Assembly: GCF_028641065.1 (NCBI RefSeq) | Contig: NW_026576313.1 | Span: 1-64,000, forward strand | DNA length: 64,000 bases | Direction of reading: 5' to 3' | Source: Leucoraja erinacea | Lineage: Eukaryota | Shown here: piece after piece, positions 46,715 through 59,539 of the stretch | Layout: each line of letters starts with the position of its first letter | Position numbering within the stretch: position 1 is the first letter of the stretch | Notes under the pieces: generated by a model | Database searches by the model: none | Told to the model about the DNA's origin: nothing | Seen by the model: only the letters and a program-made list of their open reading frames with translations | Position numbers and translations under genes: made by a program

Positions 46715-47758
46715 TACAATATACATTAATGATTTGGATGAAGGGATTCAAAGTAAAATTAGCAAATTTGCAGATGACACAAAGCTGGGCGGCAGTGTCA
46801 ACTTTGAGGAGGATGCTATGAGAATGCATGGTGGCTTGGAAAGTTTGAGTGAATAGGCAGATGCATAGTTTAATGTGGATAATGTGAGGTTATCCACTTT
46901 GGTAGCAAAACCAGGAAGGCCGATTATTATCTAAATGGTCCTAATTTGGGAAAGGCACAACGGTATCTGGGGGTCCATGTTCATCAGTCAATGAAAGTAA
47001 GCATGCGGGTACAGCAGGCGGTAAACAAAGCGAATGGCATGTTGGCCTTCATAAAAAGAGGAGGTGTGTATAGGAGCTAAGAGGTCCTTCTACAGTTGTA
47101 CAGGGCCCAAGGGAGCCAAACCTGTATTGTGTGCAGTTTTGGTCCCCTAATTTGTGGAAGAACACTCTTGCTATTCAGGGAGTGCAGCGTAGCTGTACAA
47201 GGTTAATTCCCGGGATGGCGGGAATGTCATATACTGAGACAATGTAGCGGCTGGACTTGTATTGTCTGGAATTTAGAAGGATAAGCGGGGATCTTATTAA
47301 AACATATACGATTGTTAAGGGTGTGGACACGTTAGAGGCAGGATACATGTTCCCGATGTAGGGAAAGTCCAGAACTAGTGGCCACAGTTTAAGAATAAGA
47401 TGTAAGACATTTAAAACGGAAATGAGGAAAAAAAATTCACACAGAGAGTTGTGAGTGTGGAATTCTCTGCCCAGTGTAGGCCGGTTCTCTGGATACTTCC
47501 ATGGAAGAGCTAGATAGCGCTCTTAAAAATAGCGGTGTCAGGGGATATGGGGAGATGGCGGGAACGGGGTAAAGAATGGAGATGATCAGCCATGACACAT
47601 TGAATGACGATGCTGACTCGTGGCCGAATGGCCGACTCCTGCACATATTGTCTACCGGACTAAGTGAGAACCTTTGGGTCCCACGTTCACACTGGTGGGC
47701 TGGTCCCCCAACGCAATATTCCACCTCTCTAACTATTCCAATATTGGTGCCCAGTGGG

Positions 47759-47791
<33 letters not shown>

Positions 47792-47859
47792 TACTGGAGC
47801 GCTAGTATGGGTGTTGTGGGCCGAAGGGACTGGATTCCATTGTGTGCAGAATGGATTCT

Positions 47860-48110
47860 TAGGCTGGCAGCTCATTCACTCTGGCCTGGCAGATCAGTCA
47901 CTCAGGCCTGGCGTGCTGACCGTTCAGTCATTGAGGCCTGGTGGGTTGGCAGCTCAGTCATACAGGGTTGGTGGGCGGGCAGCTCAGTCACTCAGGCCTG
48001 GTGGGGTGGCAGCTCAGAAACTCAGGCCTGGTGAGCTGCCTGCTCAGTCACTCAGGCCTTGTGGGCTGGCAGCTCAGCCACTCAGGGCTGGTGGGCTGTC
48101 AGCTCAGGGA
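47860..48110 (+). repeat. 30-bp minisatellite, about 8 copies
   Basis: GGCAGCTCAGTCACTCAGGCCTGGTGGGCT variants. Confidence 0.9.
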
Positions 48111-49467
48111 CTGCCAAGAATTCTGCACAAAACAGGTGAGAGTGTGAGAGAGAAGGGAGAGAGGGTGGAGAATCAATTTGAGACATTTTGAATCTTTTTC
48201 TACAGATCACAGGAATGAAGGAGGAAAGTCTATACTGGCGTGAATGTCACAGGGGACCAATGAAGGGAGGGAGAACAATACTGGGGTGAGGTTTAATACT
48301 TACTGATTGGCCGAAGGGACCCCTTATGTGCCAATGGGCCGAAGGGACTGAAAAAAATGTGAGTGAAATCTCAGTGAAAGGCAATTTTTCTGGACATTTC
48401 CTGGCCTGGCACGGGCCTTGTGGGCCAACACGATCGTTCTGTGCTAATGCGAGCATTTGTGGCAAAAGGGACTGGTTTCTGGGCTACTAGGGGCCTTAGG
48501 GGCGAAATGAGTAGTTTCAGGTAGGCCAAAGGTGGGCTGCCTGTTGACTCACTCACTGGCGGACTGGCATTTGACTCACGGCTGGTGGACTGGCAGTTAA
48601 CTCACGGCTGGTGGGCTCACAAACACACAAACCCTCTATCACACACACACACACACCCACAACCTCCATCACACACACTCACACCTTCCCTCTCACACAC
48701 ACACACAATCCATCACAAACACACGCTCACAGTCACACACACAGACACACTTCATCACACACACACACACACACACACCATCACACACACACCCTCTATC
48801 ACACACACACACACCCACACCCTCCATCACACACACTCACACCCTCCCTCTCTCTCTCACACACACACACACACAGAAAAACACAGACTCAGAGCTGTCT
48901 CACGCTCTACTGTGCTCTCTCTCTTCCACANNNNNNNNNNNNNNNNNNNNNNNNNNNNNNNNNNNNNNNNNNNNNNNNNNNNNNNNNNNNNNNNNNNNNN
49001 NNNNNNNNNNNNNNNNNNNNNNNNNNNNNNNNNNNNNNNNNNNNNNNNNNNNNNNNNNNNNNNNNNNNNNNNNNNNNNNNNNNNNNNNNNNNNNNNNNNN
49101 NNNNNNNNNNNNNNNNNNNNNNNNNNNNNNNNNNNNNNNNNNNNNNNNNNACATANNNNNNNNNNNNNNNNNNNNNNNNNNNNNNNNNNNNNNNNNNNNN
49201 NNNNNNNNNNNNNNNNNNNNNNNNNNNNNNNNNNNNNNNNNNNNNNNNNNNNNNNNNNNNNNNNNNNNNNNNNNNNNNNNNNNNNNNNNNNNNNNNNNNN
49301 NNNNNNNNNCCATCTCACAGATACACACACATTGACTCGCACACACACTCACTCACTCACTCACACACACAACATATATATGACAGTAAAACTCTCCTGA
49401 ATCGGTAAAGTACAATCCATTGCATTTCATGTCAGGCCAAGCCCTGTGCAGAGCCAACAGTACAATC

Positions 49468-51196
49468 AGTCCGACCCCCGGCGCATGTGGCAAGGCATCC
49501 AGGCCATGACGGACTACAGACCCTCCAACATCACCCCAACATCCAGCGACGCCTCCTTCCTTGAGGAGCTTAATCACTTCTATGGCCGCTTCGACAGGGA
49601 CAATCTAGAGACAGCCATCAAGGCTGTGCTACCTGCCGATCACCAACCCCTCACACTCACCCCCTACGACGTATACGTGGCACTGAGTAGGACTAATGCA
49701 CGTAAAGCTGCTGGCCCTGACGGCATCCCCGGGCGCGTGCTCAGGGCCTGTGCTGCGCAGCTGACAGACGTCTGGACTGACATCTTCAACCTGTCACTTG
49801 CCCAAGCAGTTCTCCCCACTTGCCTTAAAACCACCTCCATCGTGCCAGTGCCAAAACATTCCACTGCGGCAAGCCTCAACGACTTCCGCCCAGTTGCACT
49901 TACCCCCCATCATCACCAAGTGCTTCGAGAGGCTGGTCCTGGCACACCTCAAAAGCTGCCTACCCCCCACACTGGATCCCTATCAGTTTGCCTACCGCAA
50001 GAACAGTAGTACGGAGGATGCCATCTCAACGGCACTTCACTCCGCCCTCTCCCACCTCGACAACAAAGACACTTACGTAAGAATGCTGTTCATCGATTAC
50101 AGTTCAGCATTCAACACCATTATACCATCAAAACTGATCACCAAACTCGGTAACCTGGGCATCGACCCCTCCCTCTGCAACTGGATACAGGACTTTCTAA
50201 CCCACAGACCCCAGTCTGTGAGGTTAGACACGCACACCTCTTCAACCCTCACCCTGAACACAGGCGTTCCACAGGGCTGTGTGCTGAGCCCCCTCCTCTA
50301 CTCCCTCTTCACCTATGACTGCACACCTGTACATGGTACTAACACCATCATCAAGTATGCAGATGATACAACGGTGATTGGCCTCATCAGCAACTACGAT
50401 GAGCTGGCCTACAGGGAGGAGGTCCAGCACTTAGCAGCATGGTGCGCTGACAACAACCTGGCCCTTAACTCCAAGAAGACCAAGGAGCTCATTGTAGACT
50501 TCAGGAAGTCCAGAGGCGGCACGCACACCCCCATCCACATTAACGGGACGGAGGTGGAACGTGTTTCTAGCTTCAGGTTCCTGGGAGTCAACATCTCCGA
50601 TGACCTCTCTTGGACCCACAATACCTCTACTCTGATCAAGAAGGCTCATCAGCGTCTCTTCTTCCTGAGGAGACTGAAGAAGGTCCATCTGTCTCCTCAG
50701 ATCCTGGTGAACTTCTACCGCTGCACCATCGAGAGCATCCTTACCAACTGCATCACAGTATGGTATGGCAACTGCTCTGTCTCAGACCGGAAGGCATTGC
50801 AGAGGGTGGTGAAAATTGCCCAACGCATCACCGGTTCCTCGCTCCCCTCCATTGAGTCTGTCCAAAGCAAGCGCTGTGTGCGGAGGGCGCTCAGCATCGC
50901 CAAGGACTGCTCTCACCCCAACCATGGACTGTTTACCCTCCTACCATCCGAGAGGCGCTATAGGTCTCTCCGTTGCCGAACCAGCAGGTCGAGGAACAGC
51001 TTCTTTCCGGCGGCTGTCACTCTACTCAACAACGTACCTCGGTGACTGCCAATCCCCCCCCCCCCCCCCCGGACACTTATTATTATTTATTCAAATCGTT
51101 TACTATGTCGCTCTTCCAGGGAGATGCTAAATGCATTTCGTTGTCTCTGTACTGTACACTGACAATGACAATTAAAATTGAATCTGAATCTGAATC
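49468..51196 (+). mobile_element. 5'-truncated Rex1/Babar LINE with (GAATCT)n tail, one frameshift near 49905
   Basis: [45 protein letters not shown]. Confidence 0.93.
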
Positions 51197-51199
51197 AAT

Positions 51200-51750
51200 T
51201 GCAAGTCAAGTCAAGCCAAGCACAGTGCAGGGCGAACAGTGGAATCCATTGCATTTCAAGTCAAGCCAAGCACAGTGCAGGGCCAACAGGACAATCCATT
51301 CCATATCAAGTCGTCAAACACAGGTCAGGACCAACAGTACAATCCATTGCATTTCATGTCAAGCCAAGCACAGTGCAGGGCCAACAGGACAATCCATTCC
51401 ATTTCAAGTCGTCAAACACAGGTCAGGACCAACAGTACAATCCATTGCATTTCATGTCAAGCCCAGCACAGTGCAGGGCCAAGAGTACAATCCATTCTAT
51501 TCAAGTCTGGCCATGCACAGTGCATGGCCAACAGTGCAATCCATTGCATTTCAAGTCGTCAAACACAGATCAGGACCAACAGTACAATCCATTACTTTCA
51601 AGTCAAGCCAAGCACAGTGCAGGGCCAATAATACAATCCATTCCATATCATGTCAAGCAAAGGACAGTGCAGGGCCAACAATACAATCAATTTTATTTCA
51701 AGTCAAACACAGTGCAGGGCCAATAATTCAATCCATTTCAAGTCAAGCAC
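51200..51750 (+). repeat. Roughly 45-50 bp minisatellite with two interspersed variants
   Basis: CAAGCCAAGCACAGTGCAGGGCCAACAG..AATCCATT and CGTCAAACACAGGTCAGGACCAACAGTACAATCCATT units; one unit also at 49410-49467. Confidence 0.9.
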
Positions 51751-54700
51751 AGGGCTTACAATTCAGTTCACTTACGGGGCAGGCACAGGTCAATTCACTC
51801 ACGAGGCATCACGGGGCAAGCACACTTCAATTGACTCACGGGGCAGGCACATTTCTGTTCACTTCACACACGGCGTAGAATCACAGTTCTGGACTCAACT
51901 CTTACTCATGGTCTTCCAGTGCGACGGACTCAAGACCGGCCTCCGGGGATTTTTTTCTCCTGGGCCCGCGGAAGTGCCGTGACCTTTATCAGGGTGACTG
52001 ACAGGCGAGAAGACCAATCATCTGATCTCACAATTTTTTAACCATTCATAAGTTTTAATTTTTTCACCGATCGGAAAAAACCTTGGGGCGGTTGGAGGAG
52101 AGGGGGGCGATGAGTAAGATAGCGAAAGAATCATAGCGATATAGGGTAGCGTTTTTTCTAAAATGGATTTACAACGTAGACAGGAAGTGGTCAAGATGAG
52201 ACTTTTAGTAATAGTATAGATTGTTTAGTGTCTATATAAATTTGCCCAGTTCTCTTTACCATTCTCTCTTGTTTAAGCGCAAAACTGTTTATCGTAATTA
52301 TTTTATTAATTGATGTACGGACGTCTAAACGTATGCGTGATGGCTAACGTTATTCAGACTTATTGAGAATGTGCGGGCGTCGGTAATGAACGCCCGCATA
52401 TTTATATGCCTGGAATATTGTGACCAAGAGATTTGTTAGAGCTGTGAATTCATGGCGGAATCGTAAATTCCACAAATTCTTATTATGACTGAATGAAATA
52501 CGCCATACTTCGGCTTGGGTAACCATTAGGAACCGTGTAAGCCTCCAAGCGCAAGACAAAAAATAAATAAAAACAAGAACATTTTAGTGGATATTTCCAC
52601 TAAATTAGGTTTACATATTTCCAAATGTCCGTTTTACAAATATGTTGCAGATTTTATCGCGAGCCACGTCCGTGTTTAGTTCCCAAAATCCTGTTAAAGG
52701 GTAGATTTAAAAATGTGGTAAACACCACAAAACCATGAATAGGTAGTCGGAATTTGCGGAATGAATTGAGAGTAATCACAAATTATTCCTTGACTCTGAT
52801 GAAAATCTACCTTGCAGATTCCACAATGCTCTACGATTGCTATTCTTTGGATGTATTTTAGAATAATATAGTACTCTCCCCCACATGGATGAATGACTAC
52901 AATCGTAGTCACATCTTTCCCCGCGTTACTATTTATAGTCTGCAAGGAAAGCACGGGGGTGGTGGGATTCAAATGAATATATTCACTAATTGTATTGCAA
53001 ATGAACCGAAACTTATTTGCCATGATAATTTAATTCTTACTTGTTACCGTCATAGACTCATAAAGACACAGTTATTCAGTACGGAAACAGATCTTTCCGC
53101 CGATTCATCCAGGTCGCAATTGGTCTACTTGCTTGCAGCTGTCCCATGTCCATTCAAAACGTTTCCATACACTATCCGTTTAAAATATATTTTAATGACG
53201 GTTACTGTTCACGCATCTGGACAGTTTTATGAAATTGGATTGTAATTTCTTAGTATCTGAATATGCTTCCAACACATTCATACCTGCAGTTTCCTGAACA
53301 TTTGGTTTGACGAAAGGGCGTGAAAATGATCAAGTAGTGCACCTCTATAAATATTGTTCAAAGGAACACGCCAGTAATATTAGAAAATCAAAACTCAAAT
53401 ATATTTACAGATTAATTCACATCAAAGTATTGGGGCACGTTGTATCAAAATAGGCGCTTACAGTGACGGATAACAATTCGATCCCTTCTCAGAGGGATCA
53501 CGTGAGTTAATGACTCGAATCGTTTTGCAGTGACATTTAAACCCTAGAGGTTTCTCTGAAATATAAATAAAATTTCCAATTGAAAGTAAGGGATCTGCAC
53601 ATCTGATCGACTCATCAAAGAGCCGCTGTAATTCGATAATGGGATTGACCATAAACTTACATAGAACGTATTTACTAGCATGTTCTTGTGATTAATGACA
53701 ATCCTGTTAAGTCAAGTTTGCGATCGTGCAATGGATATATTTAATTGTTTTTTATACTGTTTTGATTTAGATAACACAACACTAAAATGTTTTTAAAAAA
53801 AGGGTTTGGTCACATAGCAGAATGATGGTGCCTCCAAGACAATATGAACTCTCTGCTCATGTTAAAATGTCCCTTCCTCCTTCCTTGCAACGTATAATGA
53901 TCTGTTTTGTCGTTTACAGTGCGAACATGAGCAGGAGGGCCCTCCGTCCTCCGACAGTGTGCGCCTGCACCTTGGCAATATCCTAAACAACTGGATGGAA
54001 GATTGAAATCCAACGTATTGCTAATAATTCTATCGTTCATATTGTATTCCTCTGACAACCGAGCCTACCGTCACACACGTCCACACGAAAGTCCCACTGC
54101 GGTTTTGCTGCAATCTGTTGCATATTATGTCTGACCACTTGGTTCCCTTTGTACCATGTTTCGATGCCCAACGATTACATTACCATCTGTTGACAACGCC
54201 AAATGTTGCTCACTGTCTTGCGCCATAGGCTTGATGTTGAAACGTAGAAACACATTTTGCCGCATCAAGTTTCTATATTTACAATATGTCGGATGAACGA
54301 CAAAAATTCAGCCGAAGGAACATTCGCTCAAGTATTGCCGTTCTTCTCGAATTGCAATAAAAGTTATTACGTCTTCGTCCGTAAAGGGACGTATTCGTCC
54401 GTAAATGATCTTTATTCCTCGTGCAACATCGTCGAGGATATGTCGGGAGATATTTTTGCTAGGATACATTTCAGGAGACGTGTTTGAATAATTACTGATG
54501 CACGCTTTCGGTATCCTTATATGACTGCCTAAATTATTATGTATGATACTGATGTTACTTCCATTCCGACGAAATCGTTGCATTAATATCGCTTAACGAT
54601 TGAATTTAAACCATTTGTTGAAAGGAAAGAGAAGTAGAAGATAGACTATGTAAAGAGGGTGGGGGACGTGGATGAGATAACATCTTGCTAGTGAATAGTG

Positions 54701-55049
54701 CAGGCAGGTTATGAGTGGTGGATTGGTGGTTGTGCGTAACCTGTGGAATCTGATGGAAAATAAAAGTGTATTGTGTTACTAAATATGAGAGGTGGGGAGG
54801 CCACATGGGAATCATATAGGGATTTGACTCGATTCGAAGCGTACTGGGTATTGTGCATAAGGATTGGTTTGCGAACACGTGGCATGAGGAGCAGGTTTCC
54901 GGAAATTGAAGAATTCAGAGTTCATACCGTCCGGCTGTAGAATGACATCTAGCATTGAATTGTCTAGCAGCCGGGTATTCCAGGATAACATGGCGGATAG
55001 ACCAGAGGGAATCGGCAAAGCGGCCCCTTAACCTGCATTTCGTCATTTC

Positions 55050-56600
55050 TTTCTTGTTTTGTTTTTGTTTTTTAATTAAAAGCATATGTACCAATGATAA
55101 TAAACGACAAACTGGTTACAGGGTTATTGCATAGCTTCAAGTTTTAAAGTTAAAAACAATTAAAAAATAGAGAAAGATAGATATAAGAGAGACTATAAAT
55201 TAATAGAAAGGGAAAAAAGCAAGACGGAAAGGAGATTACAAATCTAAAGATTGTGGAGATAGATCCGGGAGATGTTGAGTATAGTCGTCCATCCAACCCT
55301 AAACACAAGCTGTGACTTTAATTTTGTGTTAAACCAGTTTACTTCAAAAACTATTCAATAAATGGAGACCGTATTTTAGAAAATAGTTCTTGTTTGTCAA
55401 TTAATACAAATGTTTTTTTTTTCCAAATGCAAGTTCGCGGTCATTTTCGTTATCCACATTTTAATTGTGGGGGTTACTGTTTTTTTGTTTCCAAATTTAA
55501 GTATTCATTTTCCGCACTTATTAAACTGTAATCAAGAAAGTCTCTCTGGCTTACAATACAATACAATACAATACAATACAAAGCACTTTATTTGTCCCCG
55601 AGGGACAATTCAGATGTCCCTGCAGCACACTAATAAAAATACAACATAGCTTTCAAGAAGTTTAACATTAGAACATAAAAACATCCCCCCACAATGGTTC
55701 CCACTGTGGGGGAAGGCACAAAGTCCAGTCCCCATCCTCTTGTCCACCCAAAGTCGGGCCTATGAGGCCTCCACAGTCGCCGCTACGGCCTCCACAATAG
55801 CGCTCCAGCGCCGCGCCGCCGCCAAAGCCGAGGCTCCGGCCAGGTCCCCTCAGGAAACGTCGCTCCAGGACCCGCTGGTAGGCCGCGAGGACAGGTCGAA
55901 GGTGCTGCTCGGAGGGAGGCAGCCTCCCCGACCAGGTAGGGACTTGAAAAGCAGTCCCCCCCCCCACCACCCCCCACACATAAAAGATTAGACCCCCCAA
56001 CTAAACACTTTAACGTACTAAAAATAAATAAATAATTTATAAATAATAAAAATAATAAAAAGAAGTGAAAGAAAACGGACAGCTGCAGGATAGGCGCCGT
56101 TCAGGACAGCGCCCCCACCGACCGTATGGTTTGTGGTGTATTCTGATAATCTTAATTTTATTAATTTCGGATCTGGGTCCAGTTGATTATCGATAACTTT
56201 AGATATAATTTTTAAAATTTCCGTCCAAAAAATCTGCATTTTTATACGTTACAAAAGTATGAGTATAGGCTTCTTGAAATTGACATTCATCACAGAGAGG
56301 GGAAGTACTTGGGAAGATCCTATTTAATGGTGTCTTCGAATAGTGTAATGTATGTAATATATATATATATTGTAAACTTTCATCCCATGTGCCTTTCAAT
56401 ATGGGTTGAGCCAATTGGGTTGAGCCAATTCATCTCCCCATGTTCGTCTATATGACTCTGATGACGGAATGTCAGTATCTAAAAGGGTATTATACATATA
56501 AGATATCAGTTTATTTGTATTGGGATGTCGGTTCAGACATTCATCAAGGATTTGCGTATGTAATTTTACAGTTTCCATGCTGTACTTGAGAAAAAGTAAT
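55050..56600 (-). mobile_element. Decayed L1 3' end, interrupted by a repeat at about 55550-56110
   Basis: LHYSKTPLNRIFPSTSPLCDEC..FWTEILKIISK C-terminal Zn-finger region; T-rich tail near 55050-55075. Confidence 0.7.
55550..56110 (-). mobile_element. Non-autonomous retroposon with (TATTG)n tail, related to 1290-1790
   Basis: (ACAAT)n then CTTTATTTGTCCCC; shared GC-rich body. Confidence 0.6.
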
Positions 56601-57631
56601 TATTCGTATTTGCACCATCACCGTAAATGCAGGGACGTTCATTCCTGGGCAAAATACCTCAGGGCACGGGTAAACGCGGGGAGATGTTACCCAGATAGCG
56701 ATTACACAATTGTTCGGTAGACCTAGATAGGCCTTAGCCTTGTATCATTTCTTGTGTTTGTTCAGTAAGGTATCACATGAGCAAAATTAAGCTGCGTTTA
56801 TCTAAAAGCTTTGGATACGAAGGGAATCAACACACATATTTTGTCGGAAGCTGTTGCGGCCTTCTATGACCCTCTCCTTTGTCTTTTCCTACAGCAATAC
56901 ACAACACAATGCAATGCCAAAATACAGGCAAAGTTGAACAAACGGAACACTTTCAACGAATGTCCAACCGTTGCTTTCAGTCTGTACGGACATTAAACAT
57001 TTCCATCTCCTTCACCTTCTCTGGGAACCAGATCCCTTCCGGGTCACCTTCATGGGTTTCCATAAAGAACTCTTCAACAGGACTGAATATGGACACAACA
57101 TACTGGAGTAACTCAGCCTGCAGGCAGCATCTCTGGAGAGTAGGAATGGGTGACTTTTCGGGTCGAGACCCTTCTTCTTCAACAGGGCTGACTAACTTTC
57201 AATGGGTGTGCGATCTCGGTACCGACGTAATTTACCGAAGATCTCTGTTGCTCGGGTTGAGAATCAATCTAACAACCCGCTTGCGTGCATAGAATCTTGA
57301 AAAATATTTTTGCAATGGTGTATCGTTGGTGATGGATTTTCACAGGGTACCTTTGACGGATTAATTGATGGGACTTCGGTGTCCTTGTGATGGGCTGTTG
57401 CTAGTATTATTTAGTTTCGTATATATTAGGATAAACTCTCACTTTGGGGTGGAAAAGACAAGTCTTTACCAGTACCACGATGACAACATTAATCGTTTTT
57501 AATTATTGGGAATAGAAATGCCACTGAGTTAAGAATGAATTCAATTTATAATATTACTGAATATGAACAGGATAGTGATGGAGATGAGGTCCAGACTGTG
57601 GAAAGAACAATCAGACGGAGATATTTCAACA

Positions 57632-58195
57632 TTTTAGTTTCAGTTTAGTTTATTGTCACATGTACCAATACAGAGTACAGCGTTTGTTGCGTGCTAACCA
57701 GTCAACAGAAAGACAAAACATGATTACAATCGATGCATGTACACTGTATATACGTGGTAAGGAAATGAGGTTTAGTGCAAGGTAAAGCCAGCAAAGTCCA
57801 ATCAAGGATAGTCGAGGGTCACCAAAGAGATGAGTAATAGTTTTTGCACTGCTCTCTGGTTGTGATAGGATAACAGCAGGGAAGAAACTGGCTCTAAATC
57901 TGGTGGTGTGCATTGTCATACTCCTATATATTTTGCCTAATGGGAGAGCGGAGAAGAGGTAGTGGCCAGGGTGTGACTCGCCCTTGATTATGCTGCTAAC
58001 CTTGTGGAGGCAGCGTGAGGTATAAATGAAGTCAATAAAGCGGGGTTGGTTTGTTTGATGGTCTGGGCTATGTCCACAATTTGCTACAATTTCTTACCGT
58101 CTTGAATGGAGCTGTTCCCAAACCAAGCTGTGATGCATCCTGATGAAATGCTTTCTATGGTGCATCTGTAGAAGTTCATGAGAGTTAGTGGACAT
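57632..58195 (-). mobile_element. Rex1/Babar-like LINE 3' fragment
   Basis: TTRFRASFFPAVI; (CTAAA)n tail. Confidence 0.75.
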
Positions 58196-58221
58196 TAACT
58201 TACTTTAATCTTTTTTTGTAG

Positions 58222-59070
58222 CAAATTTGCTGGCAATTGTCATTTTCTCCCGCGGAAATTGCGGACTCTCGAAATGCATCACTCGTTACCCGTTGGGCAT
58301 GGCGGTGGGCGATTTCAGGGTTCTGATAACTGAAGCATTCCTCTATGAGATAGTCAACGGCTACTTTCCATTCTCGATATTCTACCACACCACATTCTGC
58401 AGATGGTACATTGTGGCCCACTTTATTTCCATCGACTGCTCGGTTTGGCTACCCTTTGATCGGTTCAGTCCTTGCGGACCAAGTATTGCCCTGAAAATAC
58501 TGCAGCTGTGGTGATAGTTCCTTAAGCGTTATGCAGAATGCTCCATTCTACTTTATATACGAACCGCGATAAATAATTGACAATATAGAGTGGTCCTGCT
58601 GTGTAAAGTCAACCTTTTACACTTTATCCATCTGGGTAGTATTTTTGTGGTTGGAATCCGTGTTAACAACTATTTTCCATTTTGTGTTAATTTTGCTGCT
58701 CAACCTATTAACTATCAGGTACATTATCCTGGCAAATAGAGTGAGGACTCCGGCGAAACAAACAAGCTGAGAAGCACACTGATGCCGAGATGGAGAACCG
58801 AAGGAAATCAATAATTTTGCTTCTCGCTATTTCTGGCAGCTTTATTTTGTTGTGGATGGTTATTTTTATATATTACATATATGTGCAATTTACTGACACG
58901 CAGTTTTTGGAAGCAAGTTATAACGACCCTTTCACCATAATGGAACAAACTGCGGTGTTTGAGTTGTTGCACAAACAGTATATTAATGCAGTGTTCCAGA
59001 AGAAATTTAGATAGGAGTTAAGAATATGGTTAAAGCCCCTTTCATTCTCATTGCTAATTCATTCAATTAG
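58222..59070 (+). pseudogene. Exon 2 of second GPR139-like receptor, multiple deletions and stops
   Basis: TTTTGTAG| acceptor; NLLAIVIFSRGNCGLSKCITRY, DCSVWL, MENRRKSIILLLAISGSFILLWM; exon 1 not identified. Confidence 0.9.
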
Positions 59071-59385
59071 GTTCGACACAAAATCTGGAATAACTCAGTG
59101 GGCCAGGCACTATATCTGGGGAGACTGAGTGGGTAACGTTTTGGGTCGAGACCTTTCTTTGACTGGCTAAATAAACTGTATTACTGTATCGAAAATTTAC
59201 ATGAATATGTTTCTGCTGGAGTAATTCAGCTGGATAAGCAGGATCACTGGATAAAATGAATGTGTCTCGACCTGAATGGTCACCCATTCCTTCTATCCAG
59301 CCATGCTGCCTGTCCCGCTGAGTTACTCCAGGATTTTGTGTCTATCTGCGGTGTAAACAAGCATCTGCAGTTCTTTCACACACAT
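59070..59385. mobile_element. Cluster of decayed Penelope-derived short repeats (others at about 20915-21000, 21165-21400, 41600-41850, 57090-57180)
   Basis: GCTGCCTGTCCCGCTGAGTTACTCCAG..GCATCTGCAGTT signature in both orientations. Confidence 0.65.
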
Positions 59386-59539
59386 TAATAACTTTCTTGC
59401 CCAAATGGAAGATATCGCAGTAGCTGTGTACATGGCACTCCTGAGAGTGAATACAACTGACATATGTTATGCTATCGACAAATGGTTTGACCCATTACAG
59501 AACAACCCTGTACTAATAAAATATAGAATATCACAGAAA

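Larger units (their letters stand above)
42575..47654 (+). mobile_element. Decayed CR1 split at 43673/46715 by Helitron-type insertion
   Basis: SGVPQGSVLEPQL before, and TIYINDLDEG..KFADD after the insertion; 3' end near 47650. Confidence 0.9.
47655..52220 (-). mobile_element. Non-autonomous Helitron-type element with several internal minisatellites
   Basis: Minus 5' A|TCTATACTATTACTAAAAGTCTCATCTTGACCACTTCC; decayed 3' hairpin GGGACCCAAAGGTTCTCACTTAGTCCGG. Confidence 0.65.

Noticed and set aside
51200-51750. CRISPR-like appearance of regularly spaced repeats (also 47860-48110 and 62750-63090)
   Set aside because: Units are contiguous variants with no unique spacers, there are no cas genes, and the context is eukaryotic
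53960-54590. Faint GPCR-like peptide fragments (SPTAVLLQSVA, VSIFTICRM, LKYC..IAIKVI)
   Set aside because: Needs several frameshifts and has no intact diagnostic motif; cannot be supported without a profile search
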